64,000 nucleotides of DNA, taken from NCBI RefSeq assembly GCF_003334355.1, contig NZ_QOWP01000010.1. One strand, given 5' to 3'. Shown one piece after another: positions 35,305 to 44,348 of the stretch; the first letter of the stretch is position 1; each line of letters begins with the position of its first letter. Source of the stretch: Escherichia coli (GTDB lineage Bacteria > Pseudomonadota > Gammaproteobacteria > Enterobacterales > Enterobacteriaceae). A model generated the notes under the pieces. That model was given only the letters and a program-made list of their open reading frames with translations, did no database searches and was not told the DNA's origin. A program made the position numbers and the translations under genes.

Positions 35305-35613
35305 TTAGCGTGTAGTGGACGTGGTGGTTGAGGTGTTATGAGAACCGCCATCGCCACTGTCATTTGCTGCAACAACTGCCAACGTCGCCACACCAACAGC
35401 CGTTGCCACACCGACAACTGTCGCCGTGCCGACAGCGCCAGCAGCCACGCCACCAGTGGTAGTAGCAGCAGTCGTGGTTGCGCCGGTAGTGGTCGTTGTG
35501 GTGCCAGTAGTACCCGTCGTTGCATCGGTCCCGTTTGTTGCTTCAGGGGCAGCAAACGCAGCTGGCGTCGTCAACATGAAGGCCATAAGGATTGCAGAAA
35601 GCTTGTGTTTCAT
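35305..35613 (-). CDS. gfcA: Thr/Ala/Gly-rich small secreted protein GfcA (101 aa)
   Basis: Internal Met MKHKLSAILMAFMLTTPAAFA of track ORF 35305..35631; low-complexity TTGTTGTTTTTTGATTTAATTTGG core. Confidence 0.88.
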   Translation of the reverse strand: MKHKLSAILMAFMLTTPAAFAAPEATNGTDATTGTTGTTTTTTGATTTAATTTGGVAAGAVGTATVVGVATAVGVATLAVVAANDSGDGGSHNTSTTTSTTR

Positions 35614-36054
35614 AACTTTTCCTTTATTCATCGCATGGACAATACGTACGCTTGAGATCAGGATTGTCTACTTTGAGTATAACATCCTTGTGAAATCTCC
35701 CTTTCCTCATACCGCTTGCACTATATACTGCGGGTAGGAAAGGCGCGCAGAGGGAAATATAAGATTGTTAACTATCCCCCTCTGGAAATACGACTTGTGA
35801 GCATAAGATAAATCTTAGCAAAATACGAATTAAAGATAAGGAAATTGTTACGAAAGCTATTAATTATTGTTGGTAATATAGTTTTAAGTGGTACTATAAC
35901 TGGCTGTTAAATGGCATTTATAACTATTAGGTGCAGAGATATTCGCTTAAATGGATTAGTTTCTTTGTGGAAAAGTAACTGATGTTATAATGTATGATGT
36001 TGACTATTGCACTATTCCAATAAAACCAGTCAGCTTTAAACAAGCAGCGTCATA

Positions 36055-36267
36055 TTAAGAGAGATAAACATTTGCCGCTGTTGGTCCTCGCAGGCCATTT
36101 ACGCGGCAAAATTCCACACGTAATCCTGGTATAAGCACTTCTGCGTCGCGGGGAGTGAATGCGGAAATATGGACCTGAACTTCTTTACGACCGTCGGAGG
36201 GGATAATGAATCCTTTGCCGCTTTTGCGATCAAAGGTTTTGACAATTCCTGTCATTTTACGGGACAA
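36055..36267 (-). CDS. cspH: CspA-family cold-shock-like protein CspH (70 aa)
   Basis: Full-length cold-shock domain [40 protein letters not shown]. Confidence 0.92.
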
Positions 36268-36552
36268 ACAAATTCCTTACTGAAAATACTGCGCTGCACT
36301 ATACGGGGTTAATAAAATAAAGCCAGCGATATTTAAGACCGCCGGACGGCTAAAATAAAATTTGCTTAATCTCAATTATCATGCGTTAATAGCTGCGTCG
36401 GTTTGAAAGACAGACAGCATACAAAGTAGTTTACTAAAGCAGTTCTCATTATCAGGCATTATCCCCTTCTTTTGAGTCTCTCTCCTGAACACTAAGTAGT
36501 TTCTGTATTAAAGCCCTGTTTGCCGAAAGGCCCAAAATGAAGGAAGTAAAAT

Positions 36553-36765
36553 ATGTCTAATAAAATGACTGGTTTAGTAAAATGGTTTAACGCAGATAAA
36601 GGTTTTGGCTTTATCACTCCTGATGATGGCAGCAAAGACGTTTTCGTCCATTTCACCGCCATCCAGAGCAATGAATTCCGCACGCTGAACGAAAATCAGA
36701 AAGTTGAATTTTCTATTGAGCAGGGGCAACGTGGCCCCGCGGCAGCGAACGTTGTTACGCTCTAA
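36553..36765 (+). CDS. cspG: Cold-shock protein CspG (70 aa)
   Basis: Full-length cold-shock domain [41 protein letters not shown] with RNP motifs. Confidence 0.95.
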   Translation: MSNKMTGLVKWFNADKGFGFITPDDGSKDVFVHFTAIQSNEFRTLNENQKVEFSIEQGQRGPAAANVVTL

Positions 36766-36964
36766 GGTTGCCATTATTACTCAACATCTCCATTTCCGCT
36801 GTCCATGTTGTCATGGTTCACAGTACCGCACATCGGCATTCGATGTGACGGAGCGAAACCCTTTGGGCGCTAAGTGTATTTTTTGTAAATCGACGATGAT
36901 CACCTTTGATAACGTCGCGCTGCAAATACGCACTGACCATGCGCCGCTGGATTTCACAAAATAA
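36704..36964 (+). CDS. ymcF: Small Cys-rich ORF overlapping the cspG 3' end (ymcF-like); true start uncertain (no in-frame ATG; TTG at 36704/36752, GTG at 36731)
   Basis: Open frame 36704..36964 encoding ...[32 protein letters not shown]... (paired Cys motifs); position matches the small gene annotated between cspG and ymcE in E. coli. Confidence 0.45.
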   Translation: MNFLLSRGNVAPRQRTLLRSKVAIITQHLHFRCPCCHGSQYRTSAFDVTERNPLGAKCIFCKSTMITFDNVALQIRTDHAPLDFTK

Positions 36965-37169
36965 TATCAGGCTCCCTCGTGGAGCCTTTTTTATATCTGC
37001 CTTATTTTTCTTCAACGCTGTATGTATAGTAAGCGATAACCTGTTGATTATTGAATCTTTCGGGGAGATGGCTTATAACATTTCTTACCTGACCAGGGTA
37101 CCGGGAACCAACACCTTACTGGCGTGTTGCTGTCTTTTAAGACCAGAAGAGGTTAACAGTGAATATTGA
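36939..37169 (+). CDS. ymcE: Small membrane protein YmcE/Sfa (76 aa)
   Basis: ATG at 36939 ([33 protein letters not shown]...); track ORF begins at an upstream TTG. Confidence 0.8.
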   Translation: MRRWISQNNIRLPRGAFFISALFFFNAVCIVSDNLLIIESFGEMAYNISYLTRVPGTNTLLACCCLLRPEEVNSEY

Positions 37170-37332
37170 AGAGTTAAAAAAACAAGCCGAAACGGAAATC
37201 GCCGACTTTATCGCGCAAAAAATCGCCGAGCTGAACAAGAATACAGGGAAAGAAGTCTCTGAAATTCGCTTCACCGCACGAGAAAAAATGACCGGGCTTG
37301 AAAGTTATGATGTCAAAATCAAAATAATGTGA
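37159..37332 (+). CDS. gnsA: GnsA (57 aa)
   Basis: GTG start at 37159 overlapping the ymcE 3' end; translation MNIEELKKQAETEIADFIAQKIAELNKNTGKEVSEIRFTAREKMTGLESYDVKIKIM; not in the ORF track (under 60 codons). Confidence 0.8.
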   Translation: MNIEELKKQAETEIADFIAQKIAELNKNTGKEVSEIRFTAREKMTGLESYDVKIKIM

Positions 37333-37338
37333 TTTTGT

Positions 37339-37366
37339 GAACATCACCCCGTGCGAGGTGATGTTC
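37339..37366. terminator. Hairpin between convergent gnsA and yccM (probable terminator)
   Basis: Inverted repeat gaacatcacc/ggtgatgttc; weak U-tract. Confidence 0.45.
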
Positions 37367-37380
37367 CGCTTGTTGCTAAT

Positions 37381-38454
37381 TTAGTGACCAATCATTGGCG
37401 CTTGTGGAATTAAGCGTCGGTACAATTCCTCCGGCACCGGGCTTTGCCATACTCCCGCATACATTGCGTAACCAATCACCGCGAACATAATCCCCAGAAC
37501 CAGTAGCGTCATTAACCAGCCAGACAACGCAAAAGCTTTTTTATTTGCCGCAGGTTTTTGCAGTGAAAAGGTCAATGTTGAAGCTACCGGACATGACTCT
37601 ACGCAAGTCATACAGCCGGTACATTCCACTGTTCGTACCTGAATTAATTTATCTACCGGGATCCGTGATGGGCAATTTTTTGCGCATTTGCCACAGCCGA
37701 TACAACTTTCGGCATTGCGACGAATCTTAAACGGCGATAATAGCGAAACCACGCCCATCAGCGCGCCATATGGGCAAAGATAACGACACCAGGCATGGCG
37801 AATAAACAGGCTGGCAATCAGCAAAACGGTCACGCTGATTAATGTCGCGGTCCCCATATAACGAAAGAAATCGAGCATTTTAACGTCCATCACCACGCTG
37901 TAGGGCGACAACATAAAATAGTGAATCGCCTGAGCGGGCATCAATAACGCGATATAGAGAAAAAAACTCAACAGCAAATACTTTACACCGCGCAGAGGAA
38001 TATCCAGCCAGCGGGGAAGGACACATTGCCGACCAAACAGTTTGTTACCGAGATCGCCGATTAATTCAGAAAGCGTACCAACCGGGCATAACCATGAGCA
38101 AAAGGCCTTTTTGAGTAATAGACTGATGACGATAAAAGCGACCAATAACAGCATCGCGGCGGCGTGGACGGACGGTAACTGACCTGTTGTAAGGCTATAT
38201 TTCAGATTCATCAGACCGGCAATCGGTAGCCAGCCTTCGATACCTCCCGGTCTGGCGACAAATGTCGTGCTACTTGCCGTTTCGTAATAGCGCACCCAAT
38301 ACCAGAACGTGATGGCAATATAAATATTCATTGCCAACAGTAATAATTGCGTCGCTTTACGCCAGGTCGTGGCATTGCGCCAGTCATTCCACGGTAATTT
38401 GCCGCCCGTCGTGCCTGGCCGCCGCTGCCAGCGGGTTCTTTTTTTCTCTGCCAT
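37381..38454 (-). CDS. yccM: Membrane-bound 4Fe-4S ferredoxin-type protein YccM (357 aa)
   Basis: Full-length ORF with transmembrane helices and CxxCxxC motifs (CIGCGKCAKNCP, CTGCMTCVESCP). Confidence 0.9.
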   Translation of the reverse strand: MAEKKRTRWQRRPGTTGGKLPWNDWRNATTWRKATQLLLLAMNIYIAITFWYWVRYYETASSTTFVARPGGIEGWLPIAGLMNLKYSLTTGQLPSVHAAAMLLLVAFIVISLLLKKAFCSWLCPVGTLSELIGDLGNKLFGRQCVLPRWLDIPLRGVKYLLLSFFLYIALLMPAQAIHYFMLSPYSVVMDVKMLDFFRYMGTATLISVTVLLIASLFIRHAWCRYLCPYGALMGVVSLLSPFKIRRNAESCIGCGKCAKNCPSRIPVDKLIQVRTVECTGCMTCVESCPVASTLTFSLQKPAANKKAFALSGWLMTLLVLGIMFAVIGYAMYAGVWQSPVPEELYRRLIPQAPMIGH

Positions 38455-38525
38455 GATTTTGCCAGTCCGTTAAGTTGCATACCAAATGCCACTATTCTAG
38501 TTGTTCTTAACTGGCTGATATTGAT

Positions 38526-41270
38526 TCAAATCGCGTTCAGGTCTTTCTTATTCAACCATGCTTCCAGATCGGCAACACTGCGTGTAATTTCTTCGTGTGG
38601 AAGGGGGGCAGATAATGGCTGCTGCTCCAGTTGTGCGCATAGCTGGCTGGCGATACGCATTCCCAAACTCGAGCAACTGCTTTTTAGCTGATGCGCGGCA
38701 CGCTTTATTTTCTCGCTATCCTGACTGGCGCGGGCAATGTCGATTTCATCGAGAAGCGGCAGGGCATGTTGTGTAAATAATACCAGCCATTCGTGGATCT
38801 TCTCCGTCCCCATTAACTGAGCATCTTCATTGAGTTGCGATACATCCAGCGATTGATCGTTATTGACTTGCAGTTGGAGATAGTGCGCCAGTAACTGACC
38901 GAGCACTTCACGCGGCACCGGTTTAGGGATAATCCCGCGGAATAATGAACTGGTACGCTGGCGCAGCGTTTCGTCAATGACATGGGCGCTAAAGCCAATC
39001 AAAACCAGCGACGGATATTGCTGTGCCAGTTGTCGGGCAAGCGTAATGCCGTCGACATCCGGCAGATCAAAATCCACCAGTGCGGCAGCAAACGGTTCGC
39101 TATTTTGCAGTGTCTCTAAAGCCTGCGCGGCATTGCCAACAGCAACAACCTGCGCACCACTGGTGTTCAGCATCTCAACGGTAATTCGCTGGGTTAGCGG
39201 GTTATCTTCAATTAACAGCAAACGTAAACCGTCAAGACGCACCGCCTGATTGACTGTTTTTGGCACGGGTGCCGTGGCAACACGTAACGGCAAGCGTAAA
39301 CAAAAACAGCTTCCAACCTCCGGCGTGCTGGTGGCGCTCAGTTCGCCGCCCATCGCCTGGGCCAGACGGCTACTGATAGTCAGCCCCAGCCCGGTGCCGC
39401 CGCGTTTGCCGCTTACCTGCACAAATGGCTGGAAGATTTCTGCCAGTTTCGCGGGATCAATACCGCAGCCGCTGTCTTCCACTTCGACCAGCCATTGCTC
39501 GCCATCAGTGCGACTACGCAGGATAATGTACCCTTCGTCAGTAAAACGCAGGGCGTTGCTCAACAGGTTGGTTATAACCTGACGAATACGTCGTGGATCG
39601 CCCATTAACGCGCACGGCATATCATCGGCAATTGCCGTTGCCAGGCGAATCGGGCGACCTTTCACCCGTCCGCTCATTAATTGCAGGGTACTTTCCAGCA
39701 GCGGGCGCGGTTCAAAGGGCTCATCGCTGACCGAAACATTCTTGCCACCTGCTTCGATAGCGGAATAATCGAGAATATCGTTGAGGATGGTCAGCAACGA
39801 TTCACCAGAGTCAGTAATTGCCCGCAAATCATCACGCTGGGCGTTAAGTGCGGGGTTATCTGCCAGCAGTTGAGCAGTGCCGAGAATACCGTACAGCGGT
39901 GTGCGGATCTCATGGCTCATCGCCGCCAGAAACGCCGATTTTGCCTGGCTGGCTTTTTCTGCTTCCGCCCGTGCCTGTCGGTGTTCTATCACCAGTTCCT
40001 GCAATTCAGCTGTACGCGCTTTGACCTGCGCCGCCAGCTGTTCGCGGTGGCGATTCAGTGCATGAACATTGCTGCGAAACGCATCCATCAGCCGCCCGAT
40101 GGTATCCAGCTCCCGTACGCCAGCGGTTTCCGGGAAAGGGGAGTCAATATCACCGTCCAGCAGCCGTTGCAGCGCCTGCGTTTGTTCGGCAAGTGGACGC
40201 GTGACTGAGCGATAAACCACGCGCCAGAGGATCAGAATCAGTGCGCAAAGTGAAACCATCCCCAGCAATAACAGGCTGTATTGCCCGCGTGCACTCGCTT
40301 TTTCCAGATGCGCCAGTCCGTGCTGATTACGCAGCTCAATGGTGTCGACCAGCTGACTGACTTCGCTACTAAACTGCGCGAACTGGGCGATGTTATTTTG
40401 TGCGAGAGTTTGTAGGTGATTGCTGATTTCACTGTCCTGCTGATACAGCGCCAGCAAATCGCTATATTGGCTAACGGTAGTTAACGTTGTTGCGACCTGC
40501 GCACGAACACCCGGATCTTCAATGCGTATTTGCCGACGTTGCAGAATTTTCACCGCATTATTGAGCTGCTTTTCCAGCGTTGGTGCATTTTTCTGGATCT
40601 GCTCCAGCCCCAGATTCATCACCATTTGCTGCACCCGCAGAGCGCTAAGGCGCAGTTCATTCATCTGGTTAACATACTCAAGATCGATATCAATCAGCCG
40701 ATCGAGTGCACTTTCAGCAGCCTGACGCTGATCTTGTTCGATCAAATCGTAAATCCCGGCCTGGGTCGCTCCAGCGGAAGTTGTCGCATTATTCGCCTGA
40801 CCTTGCGCCAGGCGTGCGATCTCATCGGCGGCAGCGACTATCTGCTGACTGAGTTGCTGTTGTTGCTGGCACAGTTGCAAACGCTGCCCCACCAGTTCCC
40901 CTTGCTGACGTAACGAACGGGAGATCTCCTGCTCCTGTTGTTCAATAGCGGTGGTATCAAAACCTTGTTCCCGTAACGCTTGCAGCAACGCATTAATCTT
41001 CAGGCTTTGTGCGGTGAGCATTCGCCCCTGCGCCTGCCACATCTTTTCGTTATCGGCACTGGTCAGGTTCTGCGCGGCGAAAAGTTCCCAGGCGCTGGCT
41101 TCGCTCAACTGGCGCGCCATATTCATGGTAGGAATCAATGCCTGAGTGTTGTCTTTTTCCACCTGGCTGATAAAGCGCAGGTTGTACCATCCCACCAGGG
41201 TACTGGTCAGGGTTAACAGCGCCATCAGGGCAAAGCCCATCCAGAGTCTTCGGGTCAGGGTTAAATTCAC
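38526..41270 (-). CDS. torS: TMAO-responsive hybrid sensor kinase TorS (914 aa)
   Basis: Full-length ORF with HisKA (MSHEIRTPL), ATPase, receiver and HPt domains. Confidence 0.95.
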   Translation of the reverse strand: MNLTLTRRLWMGFALMALLTLTSTLVGWYNLRFISQVEKDNTQALIPTMNMARQLSEASAWELFAAQNLTSADNEKMWQAQGRMLTAQSLKINALLQALREQGFDTTAIEQQEQEISRSLRQQGELVGQRLQLCQQQQQLSQQIVAAADEIARLAQGQANNATTSAGATQAGIYDLIEQDQRQAAESALDRLIDIDLEYVNQMNELRLSALRVQQMVMNLGLEQIQKNAPTLEKQLNNAVKILQRRQIRIEDPGVRAQVATTLTTVSQYSDLLALYQQDSEISNHLQTLAQNNIAQFAQFSSEVSQLVDTIELRNQHGLAHLEKASARGQYSLLLLGMVSLCALILILWRVVYRSVTRPLAEQTQALQRLLDGDIDSPFPETAGVRELDTIGRLMDAFRSNVHALNRHREQLAAQVKARTAELQELVIEHRQARAEAEKASQAKSAFLAAMSHEIRTPLYGILGTAQLLADNPALNAQRDDLRAITDSGESLLTILNDILDYSAIEAGGKNVSVSDEPFEPRPLLESTLQLMSGRVKGRPIRLATAIADDMPCALMGDPRRIRQVITNLLSNALRFTDEGYIILRSRTDGEQWLVEVEDSGCGIDPAKLAEIFQPFVQVSGKRGGTGLGLTISSRLAQAMGGELSATSTPEVGSCFCLRLPLRVATAPVPKTVNQAVRLDGLRLLLIEDNPLTQRITVEMLNTSGAQVVAVGNAAQALETLQNSEPFAAALVDFDLPDVDGITLARQLAQQYPSLVLIGFSAHVIDETLRQRTSSLFRGIIPKPVPREVLGQLLAHYLQLQVNNDQSLDVSQLNEDAQLMGTEKIHEWLVLFTQHALPLLDEIDIARASQDSEKIKRAAHQLKSSCSSLGMRIASQLCAQLEQQPLSAPLPHEEITRSVADLEAWLNKKDLNAI

Positions 41271-41352
41271 GGTCGGTGCACTTTAGGTGAAAAAGGTTGA
41301 GTCGCAAAGCGGAATGCATCTAGCATAAAGCCTTATTATTGATGAGGCTATC

Positions 41353-42381
41353 ATGCGCGTACTGCTATTTTTACTTCTTTCCCTTTTCATGTTGCCGGCA
41401 TTTTCGGCTGATAACCTGTTGCGCTGGCATGATGCGCAGCATTTCACGGTGCAAGCCTCTACGCCGCTTAAAGCCAAACGCGCATGGAAACTGTGCGCGC
41501 TTTATCCCAGCCTGAAAGATTCATATTGGTTATCGTTGAACTATGGTATGCAGGAGGCTGCTCGCCGCTACGGTGTGGATTTAAAAGTGCTGGAGGCAGG
41601 CGGCTACAGCCAGTTGGCTACCCAGCAAGCACAAATCGACCAGTGTAAACAGTGGGGCGCAGAGGCCATTTTGCTCGGTAGTAGCACGACCTCATTTCCC
41701 GACCTGCAAAAGCAGGTAGCAAGTCTGCCGGTGATCGAACTGGTAAATGCTATTGATGCTCCCCAGGTGAAAAGCCGCGTTGGTGTGCCCTGGTTTCAGA
41801 TGGGCTATCAACCGGGGCGATATCTGGTGCAATGGGCGCACGGTAAACCACTGAATGTGCTGTTGATGCCCGGACCCGATAACGCCGGGGGCAGTAAGGA
41901 GATGGTCGAGGGTTTTCGCGCAGCCATTGCCGGAAGCCCGGTGCGTATTGTTGATATTGCGCTTGGTGATAACGATATTGAAATCCAGCGTAACCTGTTG
42001 CAGGAGATGCTGGAACGCCATCCAGAAATCGACGTCGTTGCCGGAACGGCCATTGCGGCAGAGGCGGCAATGGGGGAAGGGCGTAACCTGAAAACGCCGC
42101 TTACCGTGGTGTCGTTTTATCTTTCACATCAGGTGTATCGCGGGCTGAAGCGGGGAAGAGTGATTATGGCTGCCAGCGATCAAATGGTCTGGCAGGGGGA
42201 ACTGGCAGTTGAGCAGGCCATCAGGCAATTACAGGGGCAATCGGTGTCTGATAATGTCAGCCCACCGATTTTAGTTCTGACGCCGAAAAATGCCGACCGA
42301 GAACATATCCGCCGCTCGCTGTCACCGGGGGGATTTCGTCCGGTCTATTTTTATCAGCACACATCAGCGGCTAAGAAATAA
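41353..42381 (+). CDS. torT: Periplasmic TMAO-binding protein TorT (342 aa)
   Basis: Full-length ORF with signal peptide; periplasmic-binding-protein fold. Confidence 0.93.
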   Translation: MRVLLFLLLSLFMLPAFSADNLLRWHDAQHFTVQASTPLKAKRAWKLCALYPSLKDSYWLSLNYGMQEAARRYGVDLKVLEAGGYSQLATQQAQIDQCKQWGAEAILLGSSTTSFPDLQKQVASLPVIELVNAIDAPQVKSRVGVPWFQMGYQPGRYLVQWAHGKPLNVLLMPGPDNAGGSKEMVEGFRAAIAGSPVRIVDIALGDNDIEIQRNLLQEMLERHPEIDVVAGTAIAAEAAMGEGRNLKTPLTVVSFYLSHQVYRGLKRGRVIMAASDQMVWQGELAVEQAIRQLQGQSVSDNVSPPILVLTPKNADREHIRRSLSPGGFRPVYFYQHTSAAKK

Positions 42382-43046
42382 CCTTCACCATGTTGCGTCA
42401 CCAGTAAATCCGCGCTGAGTTTATGACGTAAACGACGAATTAACACATCGACGGTGCGCAGGTCAGGGTTTTCCACCCGACGCGCAGAAAGCATACGTAG
42501 CAGACGTTCACGGCTGAGAATTTCGCCCGGATTCGTCACAAATGCCACCAACATTTCATACTCTGCGCGGGTCAGTTTAATCGGCTCGCCATCCCGCTCC
42601 AGCGTATGGCGCGACACATTCAGGCAATAACCGGCAAAGCGATAGCAGTTGTCCTGAGTGTGCGGTTGAGCTTGTCGCGCGAGGTCGATTCGCCAGAGCA
42701 GATTTTTCACCCGTACTACCAGTTCGCGCAGTTCCAGCGGTTTGGTGACGTAATCGTCTGCGCCCATTTCCAGCCCAACAATACGGTCAATCCGATCGCT
42801 GCGTCCGGTAACCAGAATAATCCCCACCGTTGAGCGTTCTCGCAGGGCGCGGGTTAACATCAGGCCATTTTCATCGGGTAAGTTGATATCCAGCAGAATT
42901 AAATCTACCGGCTGATTCTGCATAATTTCCCGCAGCCCGGCACCGCTCGCTGTAACGGAAACGGTATACCCCTCCTGAGTGAAGTAAGATTGTAATCGCG
43001 CCTGGGTAACCGGCTCATCTTCAACAATAACAATGTGATGTGGCAT
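42354..43046 (-). CDS. torR: OmpR-family response regulator TorR (230 aa)
   Basis: Full-length ORF MPHHIVIVEDEPVTQARLQSYF...; 3' end overlaps convergent torT by 28 bp. Confidence 0.95.
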   Translation of the reverse strand: MPHHIVIVEDEPVTQARLQSYFTQEGYTVSVTASGAGLREIMQNQPVDLILLDINLPDENGLMLTRALRERSTVGIILVTGRSDRIDRIVGLEMGADDYVTKPLELRELVVRVKNLLWRIDLARQAQPHTQDNCYRFAGYCLNVSRHTLERDGEPIKLTRAEYEMLVAFVTNPGEILSRERLLRMLSARRVENPDLRTVDVLIRRLRHKLSADLLVTQHGEGYFLAADVC

Positions 43047-43064
43047 CAGAGGGTTTTACTCATT

Positions 43065-43127
43065 CTGTTCATATCTGTTCATATTCTGCCGTAAGCCGTT
43101 CATCCTGACCAGTGCCGCTGTTCATAT
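43065..43127. promoter_or_regulatory. tor boxes: four direct decameric TorR-binding repeats in the torR-torC divergent promoter region
   Basis: ctgttcatat at 43065-43074 and 43075-43084, ccgttcatcc at 43096-43105, ctgttcatat at 43118-43127. Confidence 0.85.
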
Positions 43128-43175
43128 TTGCTCATTAAGATCGCTTCACTAAACCATAATTTTACAGGGGCTATT

Positions 43176-44348
43176 ATGCGGAAACTCTGGAACGCGCTAC
43201 GCCGACCCAGTGCTCGTTGGTCGGTACTGGCGCTGGTCGCAATTGGGATTGTGATTGGCATTGCGCTGATTGTATTGCCACACGTTGGGATCAAAGTCAC
43301 CAGCACAACCGAATTTTGTGTCAGTTGCCACAGTATGCAACCGGTGTATGAAGAATATAAACAGTCGGTGCATTTCCAGAACGCCTCCGGCGTGCGAGCT
43401 GAATGCCATGACTGTCATATCCCGCCGGATATTCCAGGCATGGTGAAGCGCAAACTGGAAGCGAGCAATGATATCTACCAGACCTTTATTGCTCACTCCA
43501 TTGATACACCTGAAAAATTCGAAGCCAAACGCGCGGAACTTGCCGAGCGTGAATGGGCGCGAATGAAAGAAAACAACTCGGCAACCTGCCGCTCCTGCCA
43601 TAACTACGATGCGATGGATCATGCGAAGCAGCATCCTGAAGCGGCACGTCAGATGAAGGTGGCAGCGAAAGATAATCAATCCTGCATCGACTGTCATAAA
43701 GGTATTGCCCACCAGTTACCGGATATGAGTAGCGGCTTCCGTAAGCAGTTCGATGAGCTTCGCGCCAGTGCTAATGACAGTGGTGACACGCTGTACTCTA
43801 TTGATATTAAGCCAATTTATGCGGCGAAAGGCGATAAAGAAGCCTCTGGTTCTCTGCTGCCTGCTTCGGAAGTGAAAGTCCTTAAACGTGACGGCGACTG
43901 GCTGCAAATTGAAATTACCGGCTGGACGGAAAGCGCCGGACGTCAGCGTGTACTCACCCAATTCCCAGGTAAACGCATCTTTGTTGCCTCGATTCGTGGT
44001 GATGTGCAGCAGCAGGTGAAAACGCTGGAGAAAACCACCGTTGCCGACACCAATACCGAGTGGAGCAAGTTGCAGGCCACCGCATGGATGAAGAAAGGCG
44101 ACATGGTGAACGATATCAAACCGATCTGGGCCTATGCGGATTCGTTGTACAACGGCACCTGTAACCAGTGCCACGGCGCACCGGAAATCGCCCACTTTGA
44201 CGCTAACGGTTGGATCGGCACGCTCAACGGCATGATTGGCTTTACCAGTCTCGATAAACGTGAAGAACGCACTTTGTTGAAATATCTGCAAATGAATGCG
44301 TCTGACACCGCAGGTAAGGCTCACGGCGATAAGAAGGAAGAAAAATAA
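43176..44348 (+). CDS. torC: Pentahaem c-type cytochrome TorC (390 aa)
   Basis: ATG at 43176 (MRKLWNALRRPSARWSVLALVAIG...); five CxxCH haem motifs; track ORF begins 16 codons earlier. Confidence 0.94.
   Translation: MRKLWNALRRPSARWSVLALVAIGIVIGIALIVLPHVGIKVTSTTEFCVSCHSMQPVYEEYKQSVHFQNASGVRAECHDCHIPPDIPGMVKRKLEASNDIYQTFIAHSIDTPEKFEAKRAELAEREWARMKENNSATCRSCHNYDAMDHAKQHPEAARQMKVAAKDNQSCIDCHKGIAHQLPDMSSGFRKQFDELRASANDSGDTLYSIDIKPIYAAKGDKEASGSLLPASEVKVLKRDGDWLQIEITGWTESAGRQRVLTQFPGKRIFVASIRGDVQQQVKTLEKTTVADTNTEWSKLQATAWMKKGDMVNDIKPIWAYADSLYNGTCNQCHGAPEIAHFDANGWIGTLNGMIGFTSLDKREERTLLKYLQMNASDTAGKAHGDKKEEK

Noticed and set aside
35338-35737. Two overlapping ORFs (105 and 103 aa) opposite gfcA
   Set aside because: Produced by the GC-rich repeat encoding the GfcA Thr/Gly/Ala tract; translations are low-complexity (poly-Val/Ala/Pro, Cys/Arg-rich).
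43065-43127. Tandem direct repeats considered as a possible CRISPR-like or iteron array
   Set aside because: Only four 10-bp repeats with irregular spacing in the torR-torC intergenic region; they match the known TorR-binding tor boxes and have no CRISPR repeat-spacer architecture or cas genes.
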